Assembly (NCBI GenBank): GCA_942492995.1
Contig: OW818653.1
Span: 120,001 to 152,000 of the forward strand
Direction: 5' to 3'
DNA from: an uncultured Erysipelotrichaceae bacterium
GTDB taxonomy: Bacteria > Bacillota_I > Bacilli_A > Erysipelotrichales > Erysipelotrichaceae
Length of the DNA stretch: 32,000 nt
The notes beneath the pieces are model-generated. The model was not told the DNA's origin. It did not search any database and worked only from the letters and a program-made list of their open reading frames with translations. The translations under genes and the position numbers were made by a program. Positions 17,605-24,313 of the stretch are shown here, piece by piece (position 1 is the first letter of the stretch; the number at the start of each line of letters is the position of its first letter).

Positions 17605-18249
17605 ATGAAATCTGTATTAAATTATGGTTTGAATCTCTTAAAAGAGAATCCAGTATTTGGTTTGTATCTTGGTATTTGTTCTACCTTAGCGATTACAACT
17701 AATTTGAATAACGCATTAGGTATGGGTGTTTCGGTTATTGCGATTCTTACAGTGTCTAATATGATCATTTCTATGATTCGTAATATTACTCCTGATGAAA
17801 TTCGTATTCCAGTTTACATCGTAGTTATTGCGACATTAGTTAAAGCTGTAGAATTGTTGATTAAAGCGTTTGCTCCGGCAATTGATCAAGCGTTAGGTGT
17901 ATTTATTCCTCTAATTGTTGTTAACTGTATCATCTTAGGACGTGCTGAAGCATTTGCATCTAAGAATGGGATTGTTGCTTCTGCGTTAGATGGATTAAAT
18001 ATGGGTGTTGCTTATACATTGAGTCTTGTCGCAATGTCATTGATTCGTCAAATCTTAGCGACTGGTATTGTAGATTTTACAAATCCATTCACAAATGTTG
18101 AAGTGTTCTCAATCAATTTAATTCCTAGTCAATATATTATCCCAATCTTTAGTGGTCCGATTGGTGCATTCTTAACCTTTGCTTTATTAGCAGCTGGTGT
18201 TAGTGCTATTCGTAACCATGAACCTAAAAGTTTAAAGGAGGCTAAATAA
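17605..18249 (+). CDS. rnfE: Rnf subunit E
   Basis: 214 aa with 6 TM. Motifs LGICSTLAITT and IPLIVVNCIILGRAEAFA are typical of RnfE/NqrD. Confidence 0.9.
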   Translation: MKSVLNYGLNLLKENPVFGLYLGICSTLAITTNLNNALGMGVSVIAILTVSNMIISMIRNITPDEIRIPVYIVVIATLVKAVELLIKAFAPAIDQALGVFIPLIVVNCIILGRAEAFASKNGIVASALDGLNMGVAYTLSLVAMSLIRQILATGIVDFTNPFTNVEVFSINLIPSQYIIPIFSGPIGAFLTFALLAAGVSAIRNHEPKSLKEAK

Positions 18250-18250
18250 T

Positions 18251-18823
18251 ATGGAACTATTTTCATTATTCTTTTCAGCCATTGTTATTAATAACGTTGT
18301 ATTAACAAAGTTCTTAGGTATGTGTCCATTACTTGGTGTTTCACGTAAAACGAGTTCTGCTATTGGTATGGGTGCTGCTGTAGTCTTCGTAATCTTCGGA
18401 TCATCAATCTTTACGTATGTACTTTACTACAATGTACTTGTACCTCTAAATCTTCAATACATGGATTTAATTACATTTATCCTTGTTATTGCGGCATTCG
18501 TACAATTCGTTGAATTAATTCTTAAGAAGTATTCAACCGTTCTTTATAAAGCATTAGGTATCTACTTACCATTAATTACGACTAACTGTGTTGTTCTATA
18601 TGTTACTTTAATTAACATTACTGAAGGCTTCACATTTGTTGAAATGTTAGTGTATTCATTAGCAACGCCTATTGGATTCATGATGGTTCTTTATATCTTC
18701 TCAACAATCCGTGAAAGACTTGATTATGCGGATGTTCCAAATGCATTTAAAGGTAATCCTATTGCCTTAATCGTTGCGGCGATTATGGCTGGTATCTTTA
18801 CTAGTTTTGTAGGTTTAATCTAA
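18251..18823 (+). CDS. rnfA: Rnf subunit A
   Basis: 190 aa. Motifs LGMCPLLGVS and LPLITTNCVVL are typical of RnfA/NqrE. Confidence 0.9.
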   Translation: MELFSLFFSAIVINNVVLTKFLGMCPLLGVSRKTSSAIGMGAAVVFVIFGSSIFTYVLYYNVLVPLNLQYMDLITFILVIAAFVQFVELILKKYSTVLYKALGIYLPLITTNCVVLYVTLINITEGFTFVEMLVYSLATPIGFMMVLYIFSTIRERLDYADVPNAFKGNPIALIVAAIMAGIFTSFVGLI

Positions 18824-18824
18824 T

Positions 18825-19004
18825 ATGGAAGCGATTCTTTACTTAGCCGCTTTAGGTGGGTTCTATGGATTGGTTTATTTCTTAAATCATAAAACTCCTC
18901 GTCCTGCAGGTTGTGAAGAAATTGAAGCGACTTGTGGTTCATGTTCGTTGGGACATTGTGGGAATCACCCATCTCAACAGATTAAGGAGATAAAAAATGC
19001 TTAA
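18825..19004 (+). CDS. untracked 59-aa membrane-anchored Cys-rich protein (RnfB-N-terminal-like / FeoB-associated Cys-rich peptide-like)
   Basis: MEAILYLAALGGFYGLVYFLNHKTPRPAGCEEIEATCGSCSLGHCGNHPSQQIKEIKNA. It fills the whole rnfA-rnfB gap: the ATG is 1 nt after the rnfA stop and the end overlaps the rnfB start by 8 nt. One TM is followed by C-x6-CGSCSLGHC. It falls below the ORF-track length cut-off, and the SD is weak. Confidence 0.55.
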   Translation: MEAILYLAALGGFYGLVYFLNHKTPRPAGCEEIEATCGSCSLGHCGNHPSQQIKEIKNA

Positions 19005-19299
19005 TGCTAGTTTAATGATGTTGGTTTTAGGTGCTGCATTAGGATTGTTATTAGCGATTGCTGGTAAATTTCTATATGTTGAAGTTGATACTCGTGTTGA
19101 ACAGATTACTGGCATGTTACCTGGTTATAACTGTGGTGCATGTGGGTATGCTGGTTGTGCGGGCTTAGCTGAAGCATTAGTTAATGGCGAAGCTAAGAGT
19201 CCTACGCAATGTAAACCTTCTACTGAAGCGCATCGTTCACGTATTACAGCTTTCATGGAAACCGGTGTGGATCCAGTTGAAAGTGCACACGCTCACTAA
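18997..19299 (+). CDS. rnfB: truncated-type Rnf subunit B (TM anchor plus single Fe-S domain, no ferredoxin domains)
   Basis: Strong SD AAGGAG. One N-terminal TM, then LPGYNCGACGYAGCAGLAEALVNGE...QCKP (CGACGYAGC = 19132-19158). It ends after 100 aa and runs directly into a terminator. Confidence 0.8.
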   Translation: MLNASLMMLVLGAALGLLLAIAGKFLYVEVDTRVEQITGMLPGYNCGACGYAGCAGLAEALVNGEAKSPTQCKPSTEAHRSRITAFMETGVDPVESAHAH

Positions 19300-19301
19300 T
19301 T

Positions 19302-19328
19302 AGACAAACGAAAGTTTGTCTTTTTTTT
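19302..19328 (+). terminator. rho-independent terminator of the rnf operon
   Basis: AGACAAAC (19302-19309) GAAA GTTTGTCT (19314-19321) followed by T7-8. Confidence 0.85.
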
Positions 19329-19372
19329 AGGTTAAATCAAAAATAAAGCATAAGTATGAATGAGGTGATTAT

Positions 19373-19735
19373 ATGAAAGGTATCATTCAAGCTTATGCTT
19401 TATTTGTCTTATTGATGGGAATATCACTTGGTTTCATGATTTATATACATGTCGATTCTATTCACTATATATCACGCTTAATCCTTAAACAAAGTATTCA
19501 TGAATCACTCGTTCAGCTTGATCCCATGCAAAATGCAGAGCGTATAGATTCGTATAATTCTGTGATTAATGAAATTATCATGCTAAGGAAACCAGATGAT
19601 TTTGACTACAGCGTAAATGTTGTTGGCTTTCACCCTAATCCATTAGCGATGCGAGTTAAGTTGAATGTGAGTCATATTGGAAGTAATTCTAAAACGTGGG
19701 TATTTGATGAAATGATGATAGAGGTGAATTCATGA
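19373..19735 (+). CDS. small membrane-anchored protein, putative TadE/TadF-like pseudopilin
   Basis: SD GAGGTGA. The N-terminus MKGIIQAYALFVLLMGISLGFMIY resembles those of the two other pilin-like ORFs in the locus. First gene of the Tad-like module. The functional call rests on context and the N-terminus only. Confidence 0.5.
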   Translation: MKGIIQAYALFVLLMGISLGFMIYIHVDSIHYISRLILKQSIHESLVQLDPMQNAERIDSYNSVINEIIMLRKPDDFDYSVNVVGFHPNPLAMRVKLNVSHIGSNSKTWVFDEMMIEVNS

Positions 19736-20436
19736 TAAATAAAAACAGGTTAATAATTACTGGAATCGTTCTATGTATTACGTTAGTTGTAATAGGTGTG
19801 AGTGTGTTGTATATCAAACATGAACTAGAGTTAGTTGAAGTGTATGTTGCGAAAGAGGATTTAGGTGCTAGAACGTTATTGGATGATAATCAAATCACGA
19901 TCATTAAAGTACCGAAAGCTTATTTAAGTGAGAACGTATTGATTAAGAAGAATGATATTGTTGGTAAATACATAAAGTTAAATTCATCTATTCCAAAAGG
20001 AAGTTTAATCTATAAATCTACGATTGAATCGATTGATGATGCGATAGATGAGCCGACATTGCTTTTGAATGTTAATCAGGCGGTGTTTGCGATCGATGTG
20101 AATATAAGTAGTACTTCAGGTAATACCTTGCAGAAGGGCTCTAAAATTGATTTGTATGCAACAATCAAAAGTAATCGAGAGACAATTGTAGACTTATTAT
20201 TTAAACAGGTAAGAGTATTGAGTATTAAGGATAAAAATGGAAATGAAGTTAACAATGAAACAAATCAAATCCCTAAGATAATGTTAATTGCGGTAGATCA
20301 AGTAGAAATACCAATTCTTACGAAAGTTATTGCAATTGGTGATATTACAATCACTCCAACATCTGAATTCTTTAGTGAAGATGAATGTATTCTATATGAA
20401 TCATCGAATATATTAGGGTATCTCTATGCTCAATGA
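19732..20436 (+). CDS. cpaB: Flp pilus assembly protein CpaB/RcpC-like (TM + SAF domain)
   Basis: N-terminal TM, then a SAF-like VEVYVAKEDLGARTLLDDNQITIIKVPKAYL...GKYIKLNSSIPKGSLI. CpaB-like blocks follow: NQAVFAIDVNISSTSGNTLQKGSKIDLYATI, VRVLSIKD and IMLIAVDQVEIPILTKVIAIGDITITP. Confidence 0.7.
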   Translation: MINKNRLIITGIVLCITLVVIGVSVLYIKHELELVEVYVAKEDLGARTLLDDNQITIIKVPKAYLSENVLIKKNDIVGKYIKLNSSIPKGSLIYKSTIESIDDAIDEPTLLLNVNQAVFAIDVNISSTSGNTLQKGSKIDLYATIKSNRETIVDLLFKQVRVLSIKDKNGNEVNNETNQIPKIMLIAVDQVEIPILTKVIAIGDITITPTSEFFSEDECILYESSNILGYLYAQ

Positions 20437-21424
20437 ATTTGACTTTGGGATAATTCAACCACAAATTAATGATCCATTTATTACGGATATTAACTACAAT
20501 GGGAAACAAGTTTGGGTAGATCATTTGAAGAAAGGTCGATATCCAATTGAACCATTTCTTGCGCATGACGCAATTCAATCACTCGTATATAAAATAGCGA
20601 ACTACGTTAACTTACCTTTTAATACAACATCACCAGTTCTAGAAGCTGAAACAACGGAATTACGAATAAGTATTTTGCATCAAAGTATCGCGCGTGGAGG
20701 ATTAAGTTTATCGATACGTAAAACGCCATCCGTGTGTCGACTACATGACACTGAAACAGGCATAAAACACTATGCGCCAGATTGGGTGATTGAGTTTCTG
20801 AAAGACGCAATATTAGCGCGAAAGAACGTAATGATAAGTGGTTTACCAGGATCAGGTAAGACAGAGTTTGTTAAATATTTAATGGAAAGTATTCCTGCGT
20901 ATCAAAGGGTAATCACAATCGAAGATAGTCTTGAACTAAGGTATGGAGATATTCATCCTAAAAAAGATCATGTGATGTTAAAGGTTCAAGAACACTTTAG
21001 CTATGAAAAAGCGATAAAGACTAGTTTAAGACAAAGACCTGATTGGATATGTGTTTCGGAAATTCGAGGTACAGAAATAATCTATCTTTTACAAAGTATT
21101 TCAACAGGTACAAGTTTAATTAGTACAGTACATGCGGAAAGTGCATACGCAATACCTTATCGAATGATGATAATGATGCCAGGATCAGAGTTAACGAATC
21201 AAAGTATCAATACCTTAATCCATGACAGTTTAGATATAGGCGTACATTTAGAGATACAAATAACGAATAAAGGTGTACTCCGTAATATACGAGAAGTTGT
21301 TTATTTTGATGTGAATGATCAATACGAAGGAACAAAACATACAATTTATCATAAAAATGAAAAAAGTAAAATTATCAAATTTAAACGGTTTATGGAAGAA
21401 ACATCACAAATTAAATCTGAATGA
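20426..21424 (+). CDS. tadA: type II/IV secretion system ATPase (TadA/CpaF/VirB11 family)
   Basis: ITDINYNGKQVWV and LSIRKTP, Walker A GLPGSGKT, Asp box VITIEDSLEL, Walker B region RQRPDWICVSEIRGTE, His box STVHAES. 332 aa. Confidence 0.85.
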   Translation: MLNEFDFGIIQPQINDPFITDINYNGKQVWVDHLKKGRYPIEPFLAHDAIQSLVYKIANYVNLPFNTTSPVLEAETTELRISILHQSIARGGLSLSIRKTPSVCRLHDTETGIKHYAPDWVIEFLKDAILARKNVMISGLPGSGKTEFVKYLMESIPAYQRVITIEDSLELRYGDIHPKKDHVMLKVQEHFSYEKAIKTSLRQRPDWICVSEIRGTEIIYLLQSISTGTSLISTVHAESAYAIPYRMMIMMPGSELTNQSINTLIHDSLDIGVHLEIQITNKGVLRNIREVVYFDVNDQYEGTKHTIYHKNEKSKIIKFKRFMEETSQIKSE

Positions 21425-22136
21425 GTATAGTTTAATCTTCATTGAAATTATTGTGACATTAATGTTTGGGTATCTCTTTGAATTACCCTATATGTATTTA
21501 ATTATATTGCTTGGAGTTGCTCTCTTCTTAACACCATTCTTTATCCATTTTCAATTAAAGTGGAAAAGTGAAGAACGCGATTTCTATCAATTGACGGATT
21601 TCTTACAACAGTTTCTAGCAAGTTTTAAACAACATCCTAAAATATACGCTTCATTAATTGAATGTAAAGATCATACAGATGGGGTATTAAATGAATCAAT
21701 AAATACATGGATAGATGGTTTAGAAAAGGGAGGATTTCCCAAGCAATATGCAGAGGTATTTATACAGTCACAATCCCATTTTATTATTTCTAATCTAGTT
21801 CATCTTATGTTAGCGGTAGAGAATTATGGAACATTTAATTATTTTGAAGGATTAGAGATTATCCAAGATGATATTGAAGATTGGATAGAAGATACGACAT
21901 TATTTAAACTTGAACAAATACGAACTCGAAATCGGATTCAAGTATTGTCAATATTTGCGTGTGGAATTGCATGGATGAGCCACAATATGTTGTTTAGAAC
22001 CGAGATGATAGAGACGTTAGACTTTTATTACTTTAGTTTGTTTGTATTCTTGATATTAATCTTACTTACATTGTTCTTTTCACAAAAACTTGTATCTGTC
22101 CCATGGATTGAAAGAAGTGAGAAATTATGGGAGTAA
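21357..22136 (+). CDS. tadB: TadB-like platform membrane protein (T2SSF-like)
   Basis: TM helices flank a soluble helical segment (FYQLTDFLQQFLASFKQHPKIYASLIEC...), as in TadB/TadC. The start is uncertain. ATG 21315 and ATG 21357 both lie inside tadA and neither has an SD. I chose 21357 (MKKVKLSNL..., basic N-terminus before TM1). Confidence 0.55.
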   Translation: MKKVKLSNLNGLWKKHHKLNLNEYSLIFIEIIVTLMFGYLFELPYMYLIILLGVALFLTPFFIHFQLKWKSEERDFYQLTDFLQQFLASFKQHPKIYASLIECKDHTDGVLNESINTWIDGLEKGGFPKQYAEVFIQSQSHFIISNLVHLMLAVENYGTFNYFEGLEIIQDDIEDWIEDTTLFKLEQIRTRNRIQVLSIFACGIAWMSHNMLFRTEMIETLDFYYFSLFVFLILILLTLFFSQKLVSVPWIERSEKLWE

Positions 22137-22876
22137 TCATCATATTATTCTTGTTTGGTATTTGGGTATTAATTGATCCAAAAATAGAAGAACGATTAAA
22201 TGTTAAATCGACACAATTGATTAAAATTGAACAGATACTTGGAATTGAATTGAATGAAACATGGAATAAGAAACGGTATAGGAATGTTAAGTTGTTACGT
22301 TGGGTTATTTTACTAACCTTAGTATTACCAAACACATTACTAATTACTTTACTAACGATATTAATCTGTATATTTAGTTATTGGTTACCTGTTCTTAAAC
22401 TTAAGCGTAAAGTACAAATAAAAATTGTTAGTATTCGTTATCAATTCCCAATCTATCTAAGACAGATTCAAGTATTACTTCAAAATAATACAGTGGTTAA
22501 ATCAATTGAATTATCACTCGATTATGTACCAACTGTTCTATATCAAGATATAAAGAATTTACATGAAAAGATTAAAATAGATCCTTTAAACATGAATCAC
22601 TATATCAATTGTATGAAACAGTACGATTTACCTGAAATACAACGATCGATGAAATGGTTGTATCGTTACCAAAACTTTGGGTATCAAGATGCGAATCATC
22701 AGTTTAATCGTATGTTAGTTTCGACATCGAAGTGGTTAAGAAAGTCACGAATTGAAAAAAAGAATGAATCAATTCAAGTGTATCAGTGGATGGGAATGTT
22801 GCCACTTGTTGGGGTAACATTCGTGTTTATATCTGCGATGATGAGTGTTGTTATCTCATTATTTGAAAGGGGGTGA
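22127..22876 (+). CDS. tadC: TadC-like platform membrane protein (T2SSF-like)
   Basis: 249 aa with N-terminal TMs, a soluble helical segment (IRYQFPIYLRQIQVLLQNNTVVKSIELSLDYVP...) and a C-terminal TM. Paralogous architecture to the preceding gene, with a 10-nt overlap. Confidence 0.55.
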   Translation: MGVIIILFLFGIWVLIDPKIEERLNVKSTQLIKIEQILGIELNETWNKKRYRNVKLLRWVILLTLVLPNTLLITLLTILICIFSYWLPVLKLKRKVQIKIVSIRYQFPIYLRQIQVLLQNNTVVKSIELSLDYVPTVLYQDIKNLHEKIKIDPLNMNHYINCMKQYDLPEIQRSMKWLYRYQNFGYQDANHQFNRMLVSTSKWLRKSRIEKKNESIQVYQWMGMLPLVGVTFVFISAMMSVVISLFERG

Positions 22877-22880
22877 AGAG

Positions 22881-23024
22881 ATGAAAGCGTTTTTTGAAGA
22901 GTATGGATTAGTATTAGTGGTTACGGTTATTGCGACTGGTATGATTGTTTTCTCAGAAGGGTTTAAGGATACGATGCAAGCGACATTAGAGACTCAATGG
23001 ACACAAATGACTGAGAGCGACTAA
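22881..23024 (+). CDS. flp: untracked 47-aa Flp-type pilin
   Basis: MKAFFEEYGLVLVVTVIATGMIVFSEGFKDTMQATLETQWTQMTESD. Strong SD (GAAAGGGGGTGAAGAG) sits directly before the ATG. An EYGL motif is followed by a hydrophobic helix, as in Flp/Fap pilins. It lies between tadC-like and tadE-like genes, and its stop overlaps the next start (TAATG). Confidence 0.7.
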   Translation: MKAFFEEYGLVLVVTVIATGMIVFSEGFKDTMQATLETQWTQMTESD

Positions 23025-23362
23025 TGAAGGGTGCATTTGAAACAGCTTTAGTAATTCTATTTGGAATGATGTTTATGGTGATGGGGATTGATTACATGCG
23101 TGTTGTGTTAATGAACAATAAAGCTAGATTGTATGCGGAGAACATACTAGCAATTATTGAACATCAAAATCGATATGACATTGATGTCGAAGAGTTAATT
23201 CAAGCGAGTAGTGTTAAATGCTCAGAATGTAATTATCAAATTATTGAGCATACACTATCAAGTAATCGACTGTGGATCATCGTAACGTATCCAATAGAAA
23301 TGAGTCATTTGAATTATTTTGCGCATACAGATATTCGTTTATTGACTCGTCCCTTAGCTTAG
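23024..23362 (+). CDS. TadE-like pseudopilin
   Basis: 112 aa. The N-terminus MKGAFETALVILFGMMFMVMGIDYMRV resembles the TadE-like N-terminal motif (ExALxxP-type hydrophobic segment). Last gene of the module. Confidence 0.55.
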   Translation: MKGAFETALVILFGMMFMVMGIDYMRVVLMNNKARLYAENILAIIEHQNRYDIDVEELIQASSVKCSECNYQIIEHTLSSNRLWIIVTYPIEMSHLNYFAHTDIRLLTRPLA

Positions 23363-23386
23363 TGCAGTTCAAACTGCACTTTCTTT
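23361..23386 (+). terminator. rho-independent terminator after the Tad-like module
   Basis: AGTGCAGT (23361-23368) TCAA ACTGCACT (23373-23380) followed by TTCTTTGTG. Confidence 0.65.
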
Positions 23387-23387
23387 G

Positions 23388-23396
23388 TGTTAAAAT
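23388..23396 (+). promoter_or_regulatory. extended -10 (TGTTAAAAT) placed for a leaderless coaX transcript
   Basis: TGT at 23388-90 and TAAAAT at 23391-96. Exactly 6 nt (AGAACC) separate it from ATG 23403, and there is no SD. Confidence 0.45.
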
Positions 23397-23402
23397 AGAA
23401 CC

Positions 23403-24167
23403 ATGTTACTAACTATAGATATAGGGAATTCAAATATTGTATGTGTTGTGTATTCTAATACAAAAGAACAGCTTTATGATGCGCGTTATGAAACAATTAA
23501 GGAAGATATTTTAACGTCATACTTTAATTTTGTTCAAGAAAAATTATTGCCATTAAAAGAAAAATATCAATTAGAGGCATTTATCGTAAGTAGTGTAGTG
23601 CCATCCGTTGATGTGGTATTCTTTGATACAACTGAGAAATTATTGAATATTAAAGGATATCGTTGTACCACAGAGTCTGTACCTGAATTTGAAATCTTAT
23701 TAACGAACCCAAAAGAACTTGGTGCAGATTTTATTGCGACAAGTTATGGCGCAATGGCGAAATATGATAAACCAATTATTGTGGCGGATCTTGGTTCTGC
23801 GACAAAACTTAGTGCAATTAATCGAAAAGGTCAATTTGCAGGTGGAATTATTATGCCAGGATTACGAATTGCTCAAGACGCATTAAATCGATTTATCCCA
23901 CATTTACCAACCATTCCGCTTGAGATACCAAAATCCGTATTAGGAATTGATACAATTACCGCTATGCAAGCAGGTTTGATGTTTTCTACCATTGATTCAA
24001 TATTAGGTATATCAAAACGTATCGAATGTGAATTCAATCAGAATTGTACTAAAATATTGACAGGTGGGTTATCTGTGTTGATTAAAGATGATACAAAATC
24101 GTTTGTTTTTGAACCATTTTTATTAAATGAAGGCTTGTTTGAAATTTATAAAAAAATTGTTAAATAA
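23403..24167 (+). CDS. coaX: type III pantothenate kinase
   Basis: MLLTIDIGNSNIV is the canonical CoaX N-terminus. Also ELGADFIA, IVADLGSATK and GGIIMPGLRIA. Confidence 0.92.
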   Translation: MLLTIDIGNSNIVCVVYSNTKEQLYDARYETIKEDILTSYFNFVQEKLLPLKEKYQLEAFIVSSVVPSVDVVFFDTTEKLLNIKGYRCTTESVPEFEILLTNPKELGADFIATSYGAMAKYDKPIIVADLGSATKLSAINRKGQFAGGIIMPGLRIAQDALNRFIPHLPTIPLEIPKSVLGIDTITAMQAGLMFSTIDSILGISKRIECEFNQNCTKILTGGLSVLIKDDTKSFVFEPFLLNEGLFEIYKKIVK

Positions 24168-24181
24168 TTGCGCTTAACTAC

Positions 24182-24210
24182 TTTACTTTATAGAGTAAAT
24201 ACGCTAAAAT
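24182..24210 (+). promoter_or_regulatory. candidate promoter for tRNA-His
   Basis: TTTACT (24182-87), a 17-nt spacer, then TAAAAT (24205-10), about 15 nt upstream of the tRNA. Confidence 0.4.
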
Positions 24211-24224
24211 AACACTTGCCTTAT

Positions 24225-24303
24225 GGCGGTCGTGGCGAAGTTGGTTAACGCACCGGATTGTGGTTCCGGCATTCCGCGGGTTCGAGCCCCGTCGGCCGCC
24301 CCA
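24225..24303 (+). tRNA. tRNA-His (anticodon GTG)
   Basis: Hand fold. Acceptor GCGGTCG/CGGCCGC, with the extra G-1 (24225) opposite discriminator C. Anticodon arm CCGGA-TTGTGGT-TCCGG. T arm GCGGG-TTCGAGC-CCCGT. CCA is encoded (24301-24303). Confidence 0.9.
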
Positions 24304-24313
24304 TTAAGTAATT

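Noticed and set aside
18997-19372. rnfB as a frameshifted or truncated pseudogene
   Set aside because: The ORF ends cleanly and is followed within 3 nt by a strong terminator. No CxxCxxCxxxCP ferredoxin motif can be read in any frame downstream, and the next gene belongs to the Tad-like module. I treat it as a genuinely short RnfB (see findings).
20372-22335. Tracked ORFs 20372-20578(-), 20619-20810(-) and 22066-22335(-), antisense within the Tad-like module
   Set aside because: I considered them as possible hidden accessory genes. They oppose a tightly coupled co-directional operon, lack an SD, and have no TM or pilin-like features. AT-rich DNA readily yields such antisense frames.
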